64,000 nucleotides of DNA from the human T2T-CHM13v2.0 reference genome, Homo sapiens. Positions 47,997 through 64,000 of the stretch are shown here, piece by piece. The notes under the pieces are model-generated. The model was not told the origin of the DNA and did no database searches. It saw only the letters and a program-made list of their open reading frames with translations. Location of the stretch: NCBI RefSeq assembly GCF_009914755.1, contig NC_060925.1, one strand, 5' to 3'. Every line of letters starts with the position of its first letter. The stretch's first letter is position 1. The position numbers and the translations under genes were made by a program.

Positions 47997-49045
47997 TACT
48001 AAGAAGTTTGTGGTGTTTTTCTCCACAACAAACCAACTTAATGTCGTCAATTGTTCTTTCTCTTCCATGGAAAGCCACAGGCACCCCTAAAGGGAAACTG
48101 GTTGTATCCCTCTCAACTTCCAGTTCTCTCTCTTTGTCTTTCTCTCTTTCTCTCTCTCTCTCTGTCTTACTGACCCAGGTTACGACCTGTTCTTTTCCTT
48201 GGCCTGGTCTTTCTTTTCGGATCACTGTGAATTGGGCACTTGAATTGGACTGTCTTTGAGTTTCAGGCGCTATTTTAGCCCTGAATGATTTCTCTTCCCC
48301 AGTTACTCCATACTCCCTGCTGCAGCTGCTTCTGTTCCCTTGCCCGATCTAAGCTCTATGAGGACAGTGCAGGTCAGAACTGGGCCCCTGTTTTCTCAGG
48401 AGGGGAAGTTAGGCACTGTGACCCTACTTTGCAAGAATAGCAGCCGCCGCCGCTATTCTTTATTTAGATCAATGCATGGGTATTGAGTGATTGGGTGAGC
48501 CCCTGGAGAATCCTGAGACTCTAAAAACATTTTACACCATGCAGTTTCTCCATGAGGTACTAAGGAAGTCAATAAATCTTCCCATATCACCCTGGAGGGA
48601 TAACATGAAGAAAATAGATATAAAACCAAGATTTTCAGCTATTTAGTTCCCAGGATGTTAAGCAATCACAGATAACTTTTAAAAAAGAAATTCTTAAGTG
48701 TAGAGGGTACGTGGAACTTTGTACAAAGGCAGTATTGATGGTCAAAGCAAGTAAGAACTGTGCATTTGAGGCACCCACTTGAATCAATCGAGGTGATCCA
48801 TCTCGTGGAAACATGGTTTTTCTGATACAGCTGAGATGTTTGCCATCATTTTAGAGCTGAGTTTCTCAAAATATGGTTTCTAGACTACCTGCATCAGAGT
48901 CACCCAGGGAGCTAGTTAAAAATATAGATTTCTGGGTTGGGGCCAAATTTGGATGCTTTCAGCTACAAATAAGAGAAAACTCAACTCAAAGTGGCTAGGG
49001 GAACTGATTAATTTAGAGACTCAATAACCTCTCCAAAGACACTTC

Positions 49046-51915
<2,870 letters not shown>

Positions 51916-52038
51916 CCATTCTTTCTTTCTTCCCTTATGTCAGATGTGTCCTCAGGCTAGTTCCCCTCGTGGTCGGAAGATGGCTGCCATATCTCCCAAA
52001 TACAGCACAATAATGGCCAGCAGAGGGAGAGACATTTA

Positions 52039-52344
52039 TGTGATTGATGAACCCTTTTCCAGGGCTGGCTCCATGGGCAGAGACATGTGCAGTCACATAG
52101 GACCCTGTGCTCAGAAGACCCCTTTACTTGGCTTAGTACACTGCTCTCACCATCTTGAAATTATTCCTAATCTTATCTTTGAACTTTTGTTTGATAAGTG
52201 GAATCTGATGGGAAAACGGAGCAGGTCCACGAACAGAGAGAATATGTGTCTCTGCCCTTCTGTTACCCTATTTACATATAACATCTACAATGTCCCATGA
52301 GCACAGAATGTGTGGGAAGTTCAGCAAGACTCAAAGCAAGTACA
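52039..52344. mobile_element. MER45-like hAT relic, interrupted by a MER34-like LTR
   Basis: ccagggctggctccatgggc...gcagtcacataggaccctgtgctcagaag resembles the MER45 end. Confidence 0.55.
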
Positions 52345-52982
52345 TGTTGTGGGGGGGAAATGTTTTTCTCTCTATCCTTCATAGTTTTTAGATAAGAAAG
52401 ACTCCTGTAAAAAAAAAAAAAGACAGAATAATAAAAGAAAAAGAAACAGAAGTTTAGTAACATGTATACCTCATGTATATCTCTGGGAGATACCCAGAGA
52501 AATGAGTTAATCTCAGAACAGACTTAAATACCATTATCTGTTAAGACAAAGAAAGAAAGGTGTGGGAAAGGCTGGTTATGAGGAGATGCCCAGGAGAAGC
52601 ATGGGAAACAAGGGTAAGATTGGTTATGCAGATTAAAGTCAGTGTCTTCTCCATTGATAAGTCTCTTGTTATTTAGTCAGCCTTCTCTTCCTTATACTGA
52701 GAGAAAGATGCCCTTACAAATGGAGGCTTATGGGTATAAATTTCCCTTACAAAAGGGTAACTTCTACTCTGTTTTCAGAATTTCTCCTGTGTCTGAAGTT
52801 TCTCAAAATAATCAGCTCAAAATAATCCTTATGCCAAAAAGGCATATTTGGGGGTAGATATTCTTTTCTGCCATAGTCATACTTTGGGGTGCATATTATG
52901 TTCCCCATAGTCATATTTTGGGGTAACATATTCTGGTCTCCTACAGTCACATGTTGGGGGGTGCATATGCTGGTTTCCCACA
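52345..52982 (-). mobile_element. MER34-like ERV1 LTR with a tandemly repeated 5' terminus
   Basis: The reverse complement contains tgtaggagaccagaatatg...ccccaaaatatg and ttggcataaggattattttgagctgattattttgagaaac. Confidence 0.7.
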
Positions 52983-55260
52983 AGGGTTCCCCTTTGTTTT
53001 TCATTTATTTTCAGAGCATCTTTAGGACCAACTGCGCACACTTTGAGAAACACTTCTTCTTTGGAAGGTAGGTTTATCAAGACAGAATTTAGTGGGCGTA
53101 TTTTTCTTTTCTAGATACTATGTCCAAAGTTGGGATAGGAGACACCAGAATAACAGAGAGGAATGTTCATGTTGGTGTGGGCCCACCTACCAGGCCTTCT
53201 TGGAGAGCTGAGTCTCAGAACAGTTAGTATGTGTTTCTGCTAAAGATCTTCTTTCTCTATTAAAATACAACTCTATTAGAATAACTGTACAACATTTTAG
53301 CTAATGTCCTAGTCAACTAGTCTAACATCTCCAATCCCACTCATTTTCAGAAGTTTTGATATCCCTCTTGCCCTCCACTCACAATTATTGAACTCTTTCC
53401 TGTGGCTCCTTCAGCTATTAATAATAAGTTTAGAAAGACAATAAAAATAAACAGATGATGATGGAATTTATGGCAAAGGGTCACTAATCTGACTTTCTTG
53501 CTGTACGGATAAGAAACTGAGTGTTCCAGAAAAGGAAGTGAGTTAAATAAGATTATACTGCAAGTTAGGAGCATATTCAGGCTAGAATTCAGATGCTTCA
53601 TGTTCCTCTCTGGCTGGAGGTCTAACCTCCATGTGTCATTCTACATGGCTCCTTTCTCCAAACTCCTTCCTCCTACCAGCCTCAGACCTGAATTTCAAAA
53701 CATCAGTTTAGTAAATACAAGTCAGTGCAATGTGACTTGGTTGAATTTCCTTAACTTCTGTTTTTCTTCATTCCTTTGACAATGTTTTAAACCTCAAAAT
53801 CATCTCCACACCCTCTTTTTTGTTTCCTTTCTTTCATTCCTCCTCTGCACTTAGTCCTCCACCTCCTACTCTGTCATTTATAGCTGCCACTCTTCTTCTG
53901 TAACATTTCTTGGTGAAGCAGAATAATAATTAAAAATAAAAACTCAACTATTATCTTAGTAGCTGGCATCAGAATTCCTGTTAGGGAAGAAATAATCTGT
54001 TAAGAACACAGACTTTTTAATATTAAATTTTGATTTGTTTCCATTGCTTCTGGGTAAATCCTCCCTTCTTCATTTTTCTCAAAATGTCAGCAAAGGCCTT
54101 GTAAAATTGTAGTGTGTGTGTGTCTATGTATGTGTGTATAAGTAAATCAAGGAAAGGGACTGGGTTTCAAGGGACTGTCACTCAAGGGACTGGGTAAGAG
54201 GGCTACACGCACTGGAAGGTGAGATCACTAACAACAGAACTAATTCCAGAACCAGAGGAGGCCACAAAAAAGTAACTGCTCTGAGAGAATGCAGACATCT
54301 TGGGGAGGGCATTAAACTTTCCACAGGATGTGGAATGGAGATTCGAGCCAATCTTATCTGAATCTCAAGTGGCAGGGTGCCTGAAACTGACATTTGGGTT
54401 ATGTTAGATTTTTATTTTATTTATAATATCACATCCATTTCCTTGACCCTTCATAACCTTGCCTCACCCTACAAAGCAAGTCTCCAGACAGAATCCCTCT
54501 GCTCCAGCTAGGCTAATATTGGTGTAGGCTCAAGAACACATCACATTGGCTCGGAGCTCCCACCTTGACTCAATTTCTCTGGATATTGGATCTTAAATGC
54601 CTTTCCCACCCCACTATTCTGACTCATCCCTTAGCGCCTTGCTCAAGTTCCCCTGTGAGTTTGCTCACACTCTCTCTGCTTCTGGCTGCTTACTACTCTT
54701 ATAGTTGATACCCATGAGGTCTACTCTTGATTAACATGCTGTTTTGCACATGTGGGCCCATTACTGGTTCAGATCTGCTTGGTTTTCAACCTTACTGTGA
54801 TGTGGGCTCATTAAGGCCAGGATCTATCTTGTTCCTTTGAACTCCACAGCACCTAGCTAGGTGCTTTGTATTAACATTAAATACTGACAGCCTACTTTAA
54901 CCTTCCTCTTTGGAGCAATCCATGCACCAGACCCTTTGTTTGTTCTGCTACCTTTAGTCTCTCAGTTTTGTCCTTACTGTTAGCAGCAAGAATCCTTTTC
55001 TTTTAGGACTGTTGAATCCTCTGATCAGTCCCACTCTCAAATCAAACTCCTCTGGATGCCCTGATACCCACGAGCTAAGGTGACTGTCAGGTCCTCACAG
55101 TTCACATCCCATGATTCATGAACCCCAAGCTTGTCCTTGTTGAGTGGGTAGGACAACCGCCTTTGGAAGACCCTCTGCCACAGCTTATAATAGGTGCTTT
55201 TCTTTGATGGGTAAATTCTGTGTCATAACAGCAAAAAATACACTCAATACTCCACCCAGA

Positions 55261-55263
<3 letters not shown>

Positions 55264-55293
<30 letters not shown>
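55264..55293. repeat. (CA)n microsatellite
   Basis: Directly visible run of about 15 units. Confidence 0.95.
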
Positions 55294-55294
<1 letters not shown>

Positions 55295-56694
55295 CCGAAA
55301 GAGAAGTTTTATAAAACAATACTCACCTTTACTTTGTGCAACGCAAACTATTTTCTTTTCTCTTTTAAGATAAAATATGGTGATTTCAGCTCACTAAATT
55401 GATTTCATGTCTCACTAATGAGCTGTGATTTGCTGTGTTTAAAAAACACTCTTCTAGAGGATCAAAGAACAGTTGGCAGGGGAAGAGAGGGCCATTCTCA
55501 AGCCCTTAAACGGTGGCTCCTGGAAGGGGTGGTGGTTCCTGGAGATCATTCCTCCTGCAGGCTCCCTTGGTCCTGCAAGTTCATCTGAAGTTAAAAATCA
55601 GCATGAGAGACACACTGATCTGGAGTTTACCTCTGGGTCATCTCGCTAGTCTCTGTGTATGGGCTGGGTGAGCAGCTTCCTGTAGAGTGACATCTGAGGA
55701 AGGGCATGAGGTTGTCTAGTGGGGGCTGGACACTGTCAGCTCTGCAGACACGTAGGACAGTATTATGGTGGTGTTTTATACACAGGCATTGAATAAATAA
55801 TTGAAGAGTGATGATCTTTTGTTTCTGTAATTTTCTGTTGGTGGCTACTGACAAGGGAAAGGCACTGCAGGGTTAGGGGGCAGTGGGAATGATGGGACAG
55901 TAAAAGGGATGAACGAATTCTTACTGCCAGTGATCTTGGATGGTAAAGCCTTGAAACAGGCGGAAGGTGGCCGGGGCATTCCCTGGGGCTCCCTCTGAGT
56001 CCAGAAGCAAGTGCTGTCAGTGAGGGTCAAGGACACATGCAGCCTCTTCAAGGCCTTTGTCTGCAGACGGCATGCTTGGAGCTGGGCAGAGGAAAGGCTG
56101 TAGCAGGGCAGGAGGGCTGAGAGACACCCTGAAGAGATTACGCTGGCTGTGGCATGTTATCAGAGATGGCGCACACAGAAGAAGAGGTGGTGAGGAAGCG
56201 TTAAAAGTCAACAAGGTGCTATTGATGTGCTCCGGGCTAGCCCTCTTTCTGCTGGTCATGGTCACAAAAAGCAGACCAGTGTCTCCTTTACTCCCTCTCC
56301 CCAGTCCTAACCTCCCTACCTCCAGGTGGAGGATATTCTGTTCTCTGCCTGGCACCTTCCTGGGAGGCAGGGTGGCCAGGGCACAGGGCTCTGCTGGTCC
56401 TGCAGGGTACAAGGGATCTTCCATACTTCCTCCGTCTTGGGAAGGAGAAGCAGCAATGCTGTGTCTCAGCTACAACCTGGAGGGAGAGCCTTTGCCCTGC
56501 CTACCCCTCCTTATAGTGTTGGCAGTGTGGGCAGCCCTGTGCTGTTTGATCTTGGGTGAGTTATTTTAAATCTTTCACTTAAGTATTCATACCCATTCAA
56601 TGGGGCTTGGCAATACCACATGCGTGTATATTTGTATAGTTCCTGTGAAGATTAAAATGAGATTCATTTCTGTAAAGTCATGGTGCATATTTGC

Positions 56695-57170
56695 TCAATT
56701 AATTAATTCCACAAATATTTAATGACTACCTGTTATGTATCATTCACCATTCTAGGTGCTGGTGATACAGCAGTGAGTAATTCCTTGCTCTCGCAGAGCT
56801 TATATTCTAAATGATGGAGATAGATAATAAATAACAACAAAAATAAGTACATATATAATATCCCAGACTATAAGTCCTATGGAGAACAGTAAATCAGGTT
56901 AAGGGTAATAAGGGATGGTTGGGGCAGGGGTTGGTTATTTTATATAGATTGGTCAGAGGAGGCCTTTTGGACAAGGTGACATTTGAGCAGAGACCTGATG
57001 AAGTAAGAGATGGGGTCATGCAGATGTTGGGGCAGCTTATTCAAGCAGATGGAAGAGTATGTGCAAAGGCCCTGAGCTGGCAGCATGTTTAATGTTTCAA
57101 AAAATGCCAAGGAGGCCAGATTGGTTGGTGAGAAGTGAGCAGGAAGAAGAAAGTAAGAGATAAAGGAACT
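56695..57170 (-). mobile_element. L2 fragment
   Basis: caaatatttaatgactacctgttatg...tctaggtgctggtgatacagcagtga...aggtgacatttgagcagagacctga...gtgcaaaggccctgag. Confidence 0.7.
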
Positions 57171-57439
57171 GTTACCATGAACCCCTATAAAAAAATTAAT
57201 TCTTTTTCACCCATTTTTTCCCAAAGCTGGGAATTTGGAGCAATAGAAGAGGTTTGTGGTGGCGGGAATAGGTTTTGACACAAGTGTACATTTCTTTTTA
57301 CCTCCTTGGACATAACTGTCCCATCCTTCTCCTAGGCCGCTTGCATCTCTAGATATCTATGAACATATTTACTGACTCAGGAGCAGTAGCCAATGAAACG
57401 CCACATGTGGTAGGCAGCTTTACTTGTTGACAATGATGT

Positions 57440-57813
57440 GTGCACTCCCCGATGGCTGCACTCCTCTGGAGGTGGAGAAGACATCCCTATTGGCCTTGGG
57501 CTGGGCCATGGGACTTACCTTGTCAAGTGGAGTATGAGCAGACATGCCCTATGCCATGGCAGAGCTGAAGATGCTAATGAGCTGGTGTGGTTTGGCTGTG
57601 TCCCCTTCAGAGCCTGTGCTCCACAGTGAAAACAGGTTATCTTAGACGATGGCCATCCCGTTGCTATGGGTCACTGAATGAAAAGATAAATGGAGATCTG
57701 TGGAGACCACCAGAGCCAAAGCCAATTCACAGCCCTCAAGAAATAAATGTTTGTGTTTGTAAGCCACTCAGATTTGGGAGTTATATGTTGCTGCAGCAAA
57801 ATCTGACTAATCC
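57440..57813 (+). mobile_element. Old MLT1 (I/J-like) LTR fragment
   Basis: 3' end aaataaatgtttgtgtttgtaagccactcagatttgggag...gcagcaaaatctgactaatcca. Confidence 0.6.
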
Positions 57814-58518
57814 AGTCAGATTCTGTGCTAAGAACTTTCAAATGTTACCTCATTACCTGTGCAGTGGATCATTCCATTTTCGTGGATGAGGAAGCTGAGG
57901 TCCACCAAAGTCAAGCAACTCGCATAGGATTATAAAAAAATGAAAACAGACAAAATTCAAATGTTGGGGAGTCTATCTGACTCCCCAACTGTTATGCCAT
58001 GTACCACTTTCTTTTTTTTGATGTGATCCAACAGAAGAGGAATAGAAAACGAAGTCCTTATGCTAACTTCAAACACCCTGTGTGTAATTGGACTTCTCTT
58101 TCCTGCTGTGGCCCCACAAGCCCAGGAGACTCCATTCCTCTCTACTCCCTCCTTCAAACCCTACTCTGCTCCATTCCATTCCACTGCTGAAAGTGCTCTT
58201 TTCATCTCTCATTTTCTTCCAAATAGCTATTAAAAGTGACCTTTTCTGTGAAATGTTTCTGGAATGATAAAAGAGAAAGTTTGGTCTCTCTTATCTGATT
58301 ATTTCTAAACATACATGAAAATTGCTTGGCTATTTCCTCTGCATTATTCATTCCAAAATACACCAATTTTTGCCTGACTCTGTACATGTGTATACTGCCA
58401 CACTTAGTAAGCACCTACTGTGTGCCAGCCACTGTACAGGGACTGTACACTGTACAGAGTGAGAGGTGTCAGATGCATTGCTGGAAGACCATAAAACCTA
58501 GTGGGAGATGGCATGTTA

Positions 58519-59789
58519 TTAGCTTGGTGCAAACTTAACTGTGGTTTTTGCATTGTTGAAATTGGCCATTTGATATTGGAACACATTCTTAACTAATGTG
58601 GTTATGTTATACATCATTTTAACGTGCACTTCTTGCTTTTTTTTTTTTTGCTAATGACTTATTACTTGCTTTTTATTTTATGTTTATTTTAGACTGTGGA
58701 AATGATGTTAGACAAAAAGCAAATTCAAGTGACTTTCTTATTTGAGTTCAAAATAGGTCGTAAAGCAGTGCAGACAACTCACAACATCAACAACACATTT
58801 GGCTAGGAACTGCTAATGAACATGCAGTGCAGTGTTGGTTCAAGAAATTTTGCAAAGGAGATGAGAGCCTTGAAGATGAGGTGCATAGTGTCTTGGCATT
58901 GGAAGTTGACAACGACCAATTGAGAGCAATCGTCAAAGCCGATCCTCTTACAATTACACAAGAAGTTGCTGAAGAACTCCATGTTGACCATTCTATGGTC
59001 GTTCAGCCTTTGAAGCAAATTGGAAAGGTGAAAAAGCTGGAAAAGTGGGTGTCTCATGAGTTCAGTGAAAATTTTAAAAATCATCATTGTGAACCATCAT
59101 TTTATTCTATGCAACAACAACGAACCATTTCTCGATCAGATTGTGACATACTTCGAAAAGTGGATTTTATATGACAATCGGTGATGACAACTCAGTGGTT
59201 GGATGGGGAAGAAGGTCCAAAGCACCTCCCAAAGCCAAACTTGCACCAAAAAAAGTCGTGGTCACTGTTTGGTGGTCTGCCAGTCTGACCCACTACAGCT
59301 TTCTGAATCCCAGAAACCATTACATCTGAGAACTATTCTCAGGAAATCGATGAAATGCACTGAAAACTGCAAAGCCTGCAGCTGGCATCAGTTAACAGAA
59401 AGGGCCAAATTCCTCTCCATGACAACCCCCGACTGCAGGTTGCACAACCAGTGCTTCAAAAGATAAACGAATTGGGCTTTGAAGTATTGCCTCATCCACC
59501 ATATTCACCTGACCTCTTGCCAACTGACTACCACTTCTTCAAGCATTTTGACAACTTTTTGCAGGGGAAATGCTTCCACAATCAGCAGGATGCAGAAAGT
59601 ACTTTCCAAGAGTTGTTGAATCCCAAAGCACAGATTTTTTATGCTACAGGAATAAACAAATTTGCTTCTCATTGGCAAAAATATGTTGATTGTAATGGTT
59701 CTTATTTTAATTAATAAAGAAGTGTTTGAGCCTAGTTACAATGTTTAAAATTCACGGTCCAAAACCACAATTAATTTTGTACCAACTAA
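58519..59789 (+). mobile_element. Full-length Hsmar1 mariner transposon, transposase pseudogenised (~58696-59714)
   Basis: TIRs ttagcttggtgcaaac... and ...ttttgtaccaactaa, flanked by TA at 58517-58518 and 59790-59791. ORF pieces contain WFKKFCKGDESLED, WVSHEF (from WVPHEL) and PHPPYSPDLLPTDYHFFKH. The start ATG is mutated to GTG, and there are frameshifts and stops. Confidence 0.96.
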
Positions 59790-61299
59790 TATTAAAAGTG
59801 CTAAGCTGTATACAATAAGTAAGTATAGGCTTGTAGTCACACAGAGGAGGGCTCAATGCTCAGCTTGGGAGAAATGATTTAAAAGGTTTCCAGACACAAG
59901 AGCTGAGTCTTGAATGCAAAGTGGGAGCCACTTGAGGAAGAGGCAGGAAAGAAACAGCACAAGCAAAGACACAGTAGTTGAGTTTAGCTGAATTGTAAGT
60001 CGGGTGAAGGTAGTGGCTGGAGATGGTCTAGAGAGACAGAGGCGCTGTGATGCCTGAGGGCCTGGTATTAACGCAATAGGTTGCAATGCTAAGGAAGGTA
60101 AGAGAGTGCCTATATATAGGATTGTTTTGGTCAGGCCCACATGCTGGGGCAGGCCACACGACTAGTTTGTTTTTGAAGCCCCCTTATATCCTTTTCCCCA
60201 TTTCTTCATGTGTGCTCCCACCCTGACCCTTATCAAAACCTTTTCTAATGAACTTCCTTTACCCTCGGGGGCAGGTTTAAAGCATTACTCTTTTCAGGCA
60301 CATCTGCATCCTAACAAGGGATTAACTCACAACACCAACAAGCATTTTCTGACACTTTTCTTTGCCCAGCACTGTGCTAGGCACCATATACACATGCATT
60401 ATGTCACTTGATCCTTATAACCACCTTGTAAGAAAGGTACTATAATTGTAATTGTTTGGACAAAGAGAAGGCCAAGTCTTAGCAAAATCAAGGCAGATGA
60501 AAGCCAAGATGTGGGAAAAGATTTTGGAGGTGAGGTGGGGACTGTGAGCAGGATTTAGAGGGTAGGGAACAGCTTCCAGTGCCAACATTCCACCGTGCAG
60601 GCTGACCATTGATATATATTCCTGAGGCTATGAGTCCTTCATAACTTAGTACTCAGTATCAGAAAAGAGACCAGGACGAGCTTCATGGTGCAGGGTGCCT
60701 TTGGGTTAGTAATTGTTATTTTCCGGCACACATATGACTTGGCCAATGACAAGTCATGTATAATGAGCCATATAATGGGACTCTATACATTTAATTTTTT
60801 TTTTTTTTTTAGTCTTAAGAGAGGGAGAACTGGAGAGGACTGTGTCTACACTATCTGCCTGCCTCTGGACCTTTAAAACTACCCAGTCCTGTAGGAACCT
60901 TGTCCCCACCCATCCAGAAAGACCACAGAGGCCAAACTAGGTATTTGCTGAGATCACCCACGGCCTTCTTAGCTCATACCCAATTTGTCCTTGATCTGAC
61001 ACAGTCTCCCCTGACCCTTAACTTGACTTTACTCAGATTCCTCCTTCCGGTTCTTTGGGTTCAGTCTTCCCCACTTTCCCTGAGAGACTCCAGCTTGATT
61101 TTCCTCTCTGTCCAGTGCTAAATAAATCTAGCTGCACTCATGAAAACCCAGGCTTCTTATCCCTCGGTGTCAGGCAGATGGGAGCAGGGATGCTGATACA
61201 ATTGGGTGTTTAATAAAGCCTATTGATGAGGGTAATGGTAATCACTATTCCGGAGCACACCTTTCACCAAGCCTCATGTGTTACATCAGTTAATCCCCA

Positions 61300-62745
<1,446 letters not shown>

Positions 62746-62789
62746 CAGGAGTATAGTACCTGGAAAAATATCTAATATTTATGTAGTGT

Positions 62790-62995
62790 TGTGTTCCAGG
62801 CCCTATTCTAAGCTTATGTTAAAAACTTTAATTTTTTTATACCAACTCCACGAAGCAGGTACTATTGTTACCTTTGTGTTATGAATGAGAAAACTGAGGC
62901 ATGGAGGGGTTAAATGACTTGCCTAAAGTCACACAGCTAGTAAGTGGTGAATCTGGAACCCAGGTATTCTGGTTCCAGAGTTCATCCTTTTAACC
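62790..62995. mobile_element. MIR
   Basis: atgagaaaactgaggcatggaggggttaaatgacttgcctaaagtcacacagctagtaagtgg core. Confidence 0.85.
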
Positions 62996-64000
62996 TGAAA
63001 AGTATACTGCTTCTCATTGCATAGCACTTAGTAGGTGCTCAGTAAATGTTTGCAAAATGAATACATGAATGAATTCCTAAAATACCAAATACTAGGTATT
63101 TGGTAATGTTATTGCTACCTTAATGATGAAGGAACTGAGAAACGAAGATGTTAAGTAACTTGCTTTCACAAGTAGGTAGCGGCAGAGCTGGGACCTGAAC
63201 CCAGAGGGCTGCTTCCATTTCCAGCATTCACACCACGGATAGAGGATGGAGATAAACTGCTGATAAACATTGATTTTCATAATTTCTCATTGTAAATGCT
63301 TCATATAAACTTTTGCTTAACCTACTGTCTAGGAATTCTCATTAAATACCATAAAGTAGGTAAGAGAGAGCACCAGTCTCCAACATATAACATGAAAGCT
63401 AATCTCATATAGGTGAATTGACTTTCTCAAAAAGACAACATAGCTCTGGAGCAGAGCTAGTTTCCCAGACGAATTCCAATTTCCCAGTTATCTACAGGGA
63501 AGCAGAGGAAATGAAGAGTTACTCCCATTCACTTAGCTCTTTTGTCTTAAGAATACTGGAATTTAGACCTGTGTCATTTGTTGAAACCAGATTTGGATGG
63601 AGACTGGCCATACATGGTCACTGCTGCTTTTAATCCTGGTTTGAGAATCACTCTGTGGCTCGAGGTAATTTTTGTCAGCTTTCCAAGTGTGTATTGAGAA
63701 CCACGTTGTCCTGATGCTTGCTCAGCCAGCTCGCCATCTCATGGAGATATTCCCACATTGGGAAACTCATTTAATGTATTTTCATGTCTGCATTCCTGAC
63801 TTTGCCATCCAATCACCTAAGAATCACTAAAGGCATATATATGTCAGGGATATTAGGGAATGGAGCCCTAGAAGAGTTTGTGTTGCCTCTGAATGCTGAG
63901 AGCACAGGGAGCGTAGAGAGGGCAGAAGCTAAAACTCCTTGCTAAAACAGCAACCGGCTTGGATGTCTTAGGCAGAACTGTGCTGTTGAGAGAAGCTAGT

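Noticed and set aside
56017-56569. Overlapping 170-aa and 135-aa ORFs in unique-looking sequence
   Set aside because: No recognisable domain, a non-ATG start for the longer one, and no splice or promoter evidence. Consistent with chance ORFs.

Overview
This is primate (very probably human) nuclear DNA that is intergenic or deep-intronic and dominated by interspersed repeats. I found no intact protein-coding gene, RNA gene or CRISPR array. Main contents: (1) two tandem, full-length or near-full-length, dead minus-strand L1PA elements (1-6032 and 6386-13103); (2) a + strand L1PB1-like element (~33900-41255) interrupted by four AluY-type insertions; (3) an intronless, frameshifted PRAMEF10-like processed pseudogene (minus strand); (4) solo LTRs (LTR18, LTR47, HERV-H LTR7, MER34-like) and MaLR elements; (5) a full-length Hsmar1 mariner; (6) many Alu, MIR, L2 and L3 relics. 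I see no evidence of a new biological system in the sense of new genes. The most notable structure is in DNA repair and retroposition history. A ~115-bp mitochondrial COX1 fragment (NUMT) sits inside the second L1, next to a foreign younger-L1 patch. The two tandem L1s share private variants that suggest gene conversion. The PRAMEF retrocopy appears to preserve an LTR8/ERV-L-derived 5' leader. There are also several small templated or fold-back insertions. Repeat subfamily names come from recalled consensus sequences and were not confirmed by any search.
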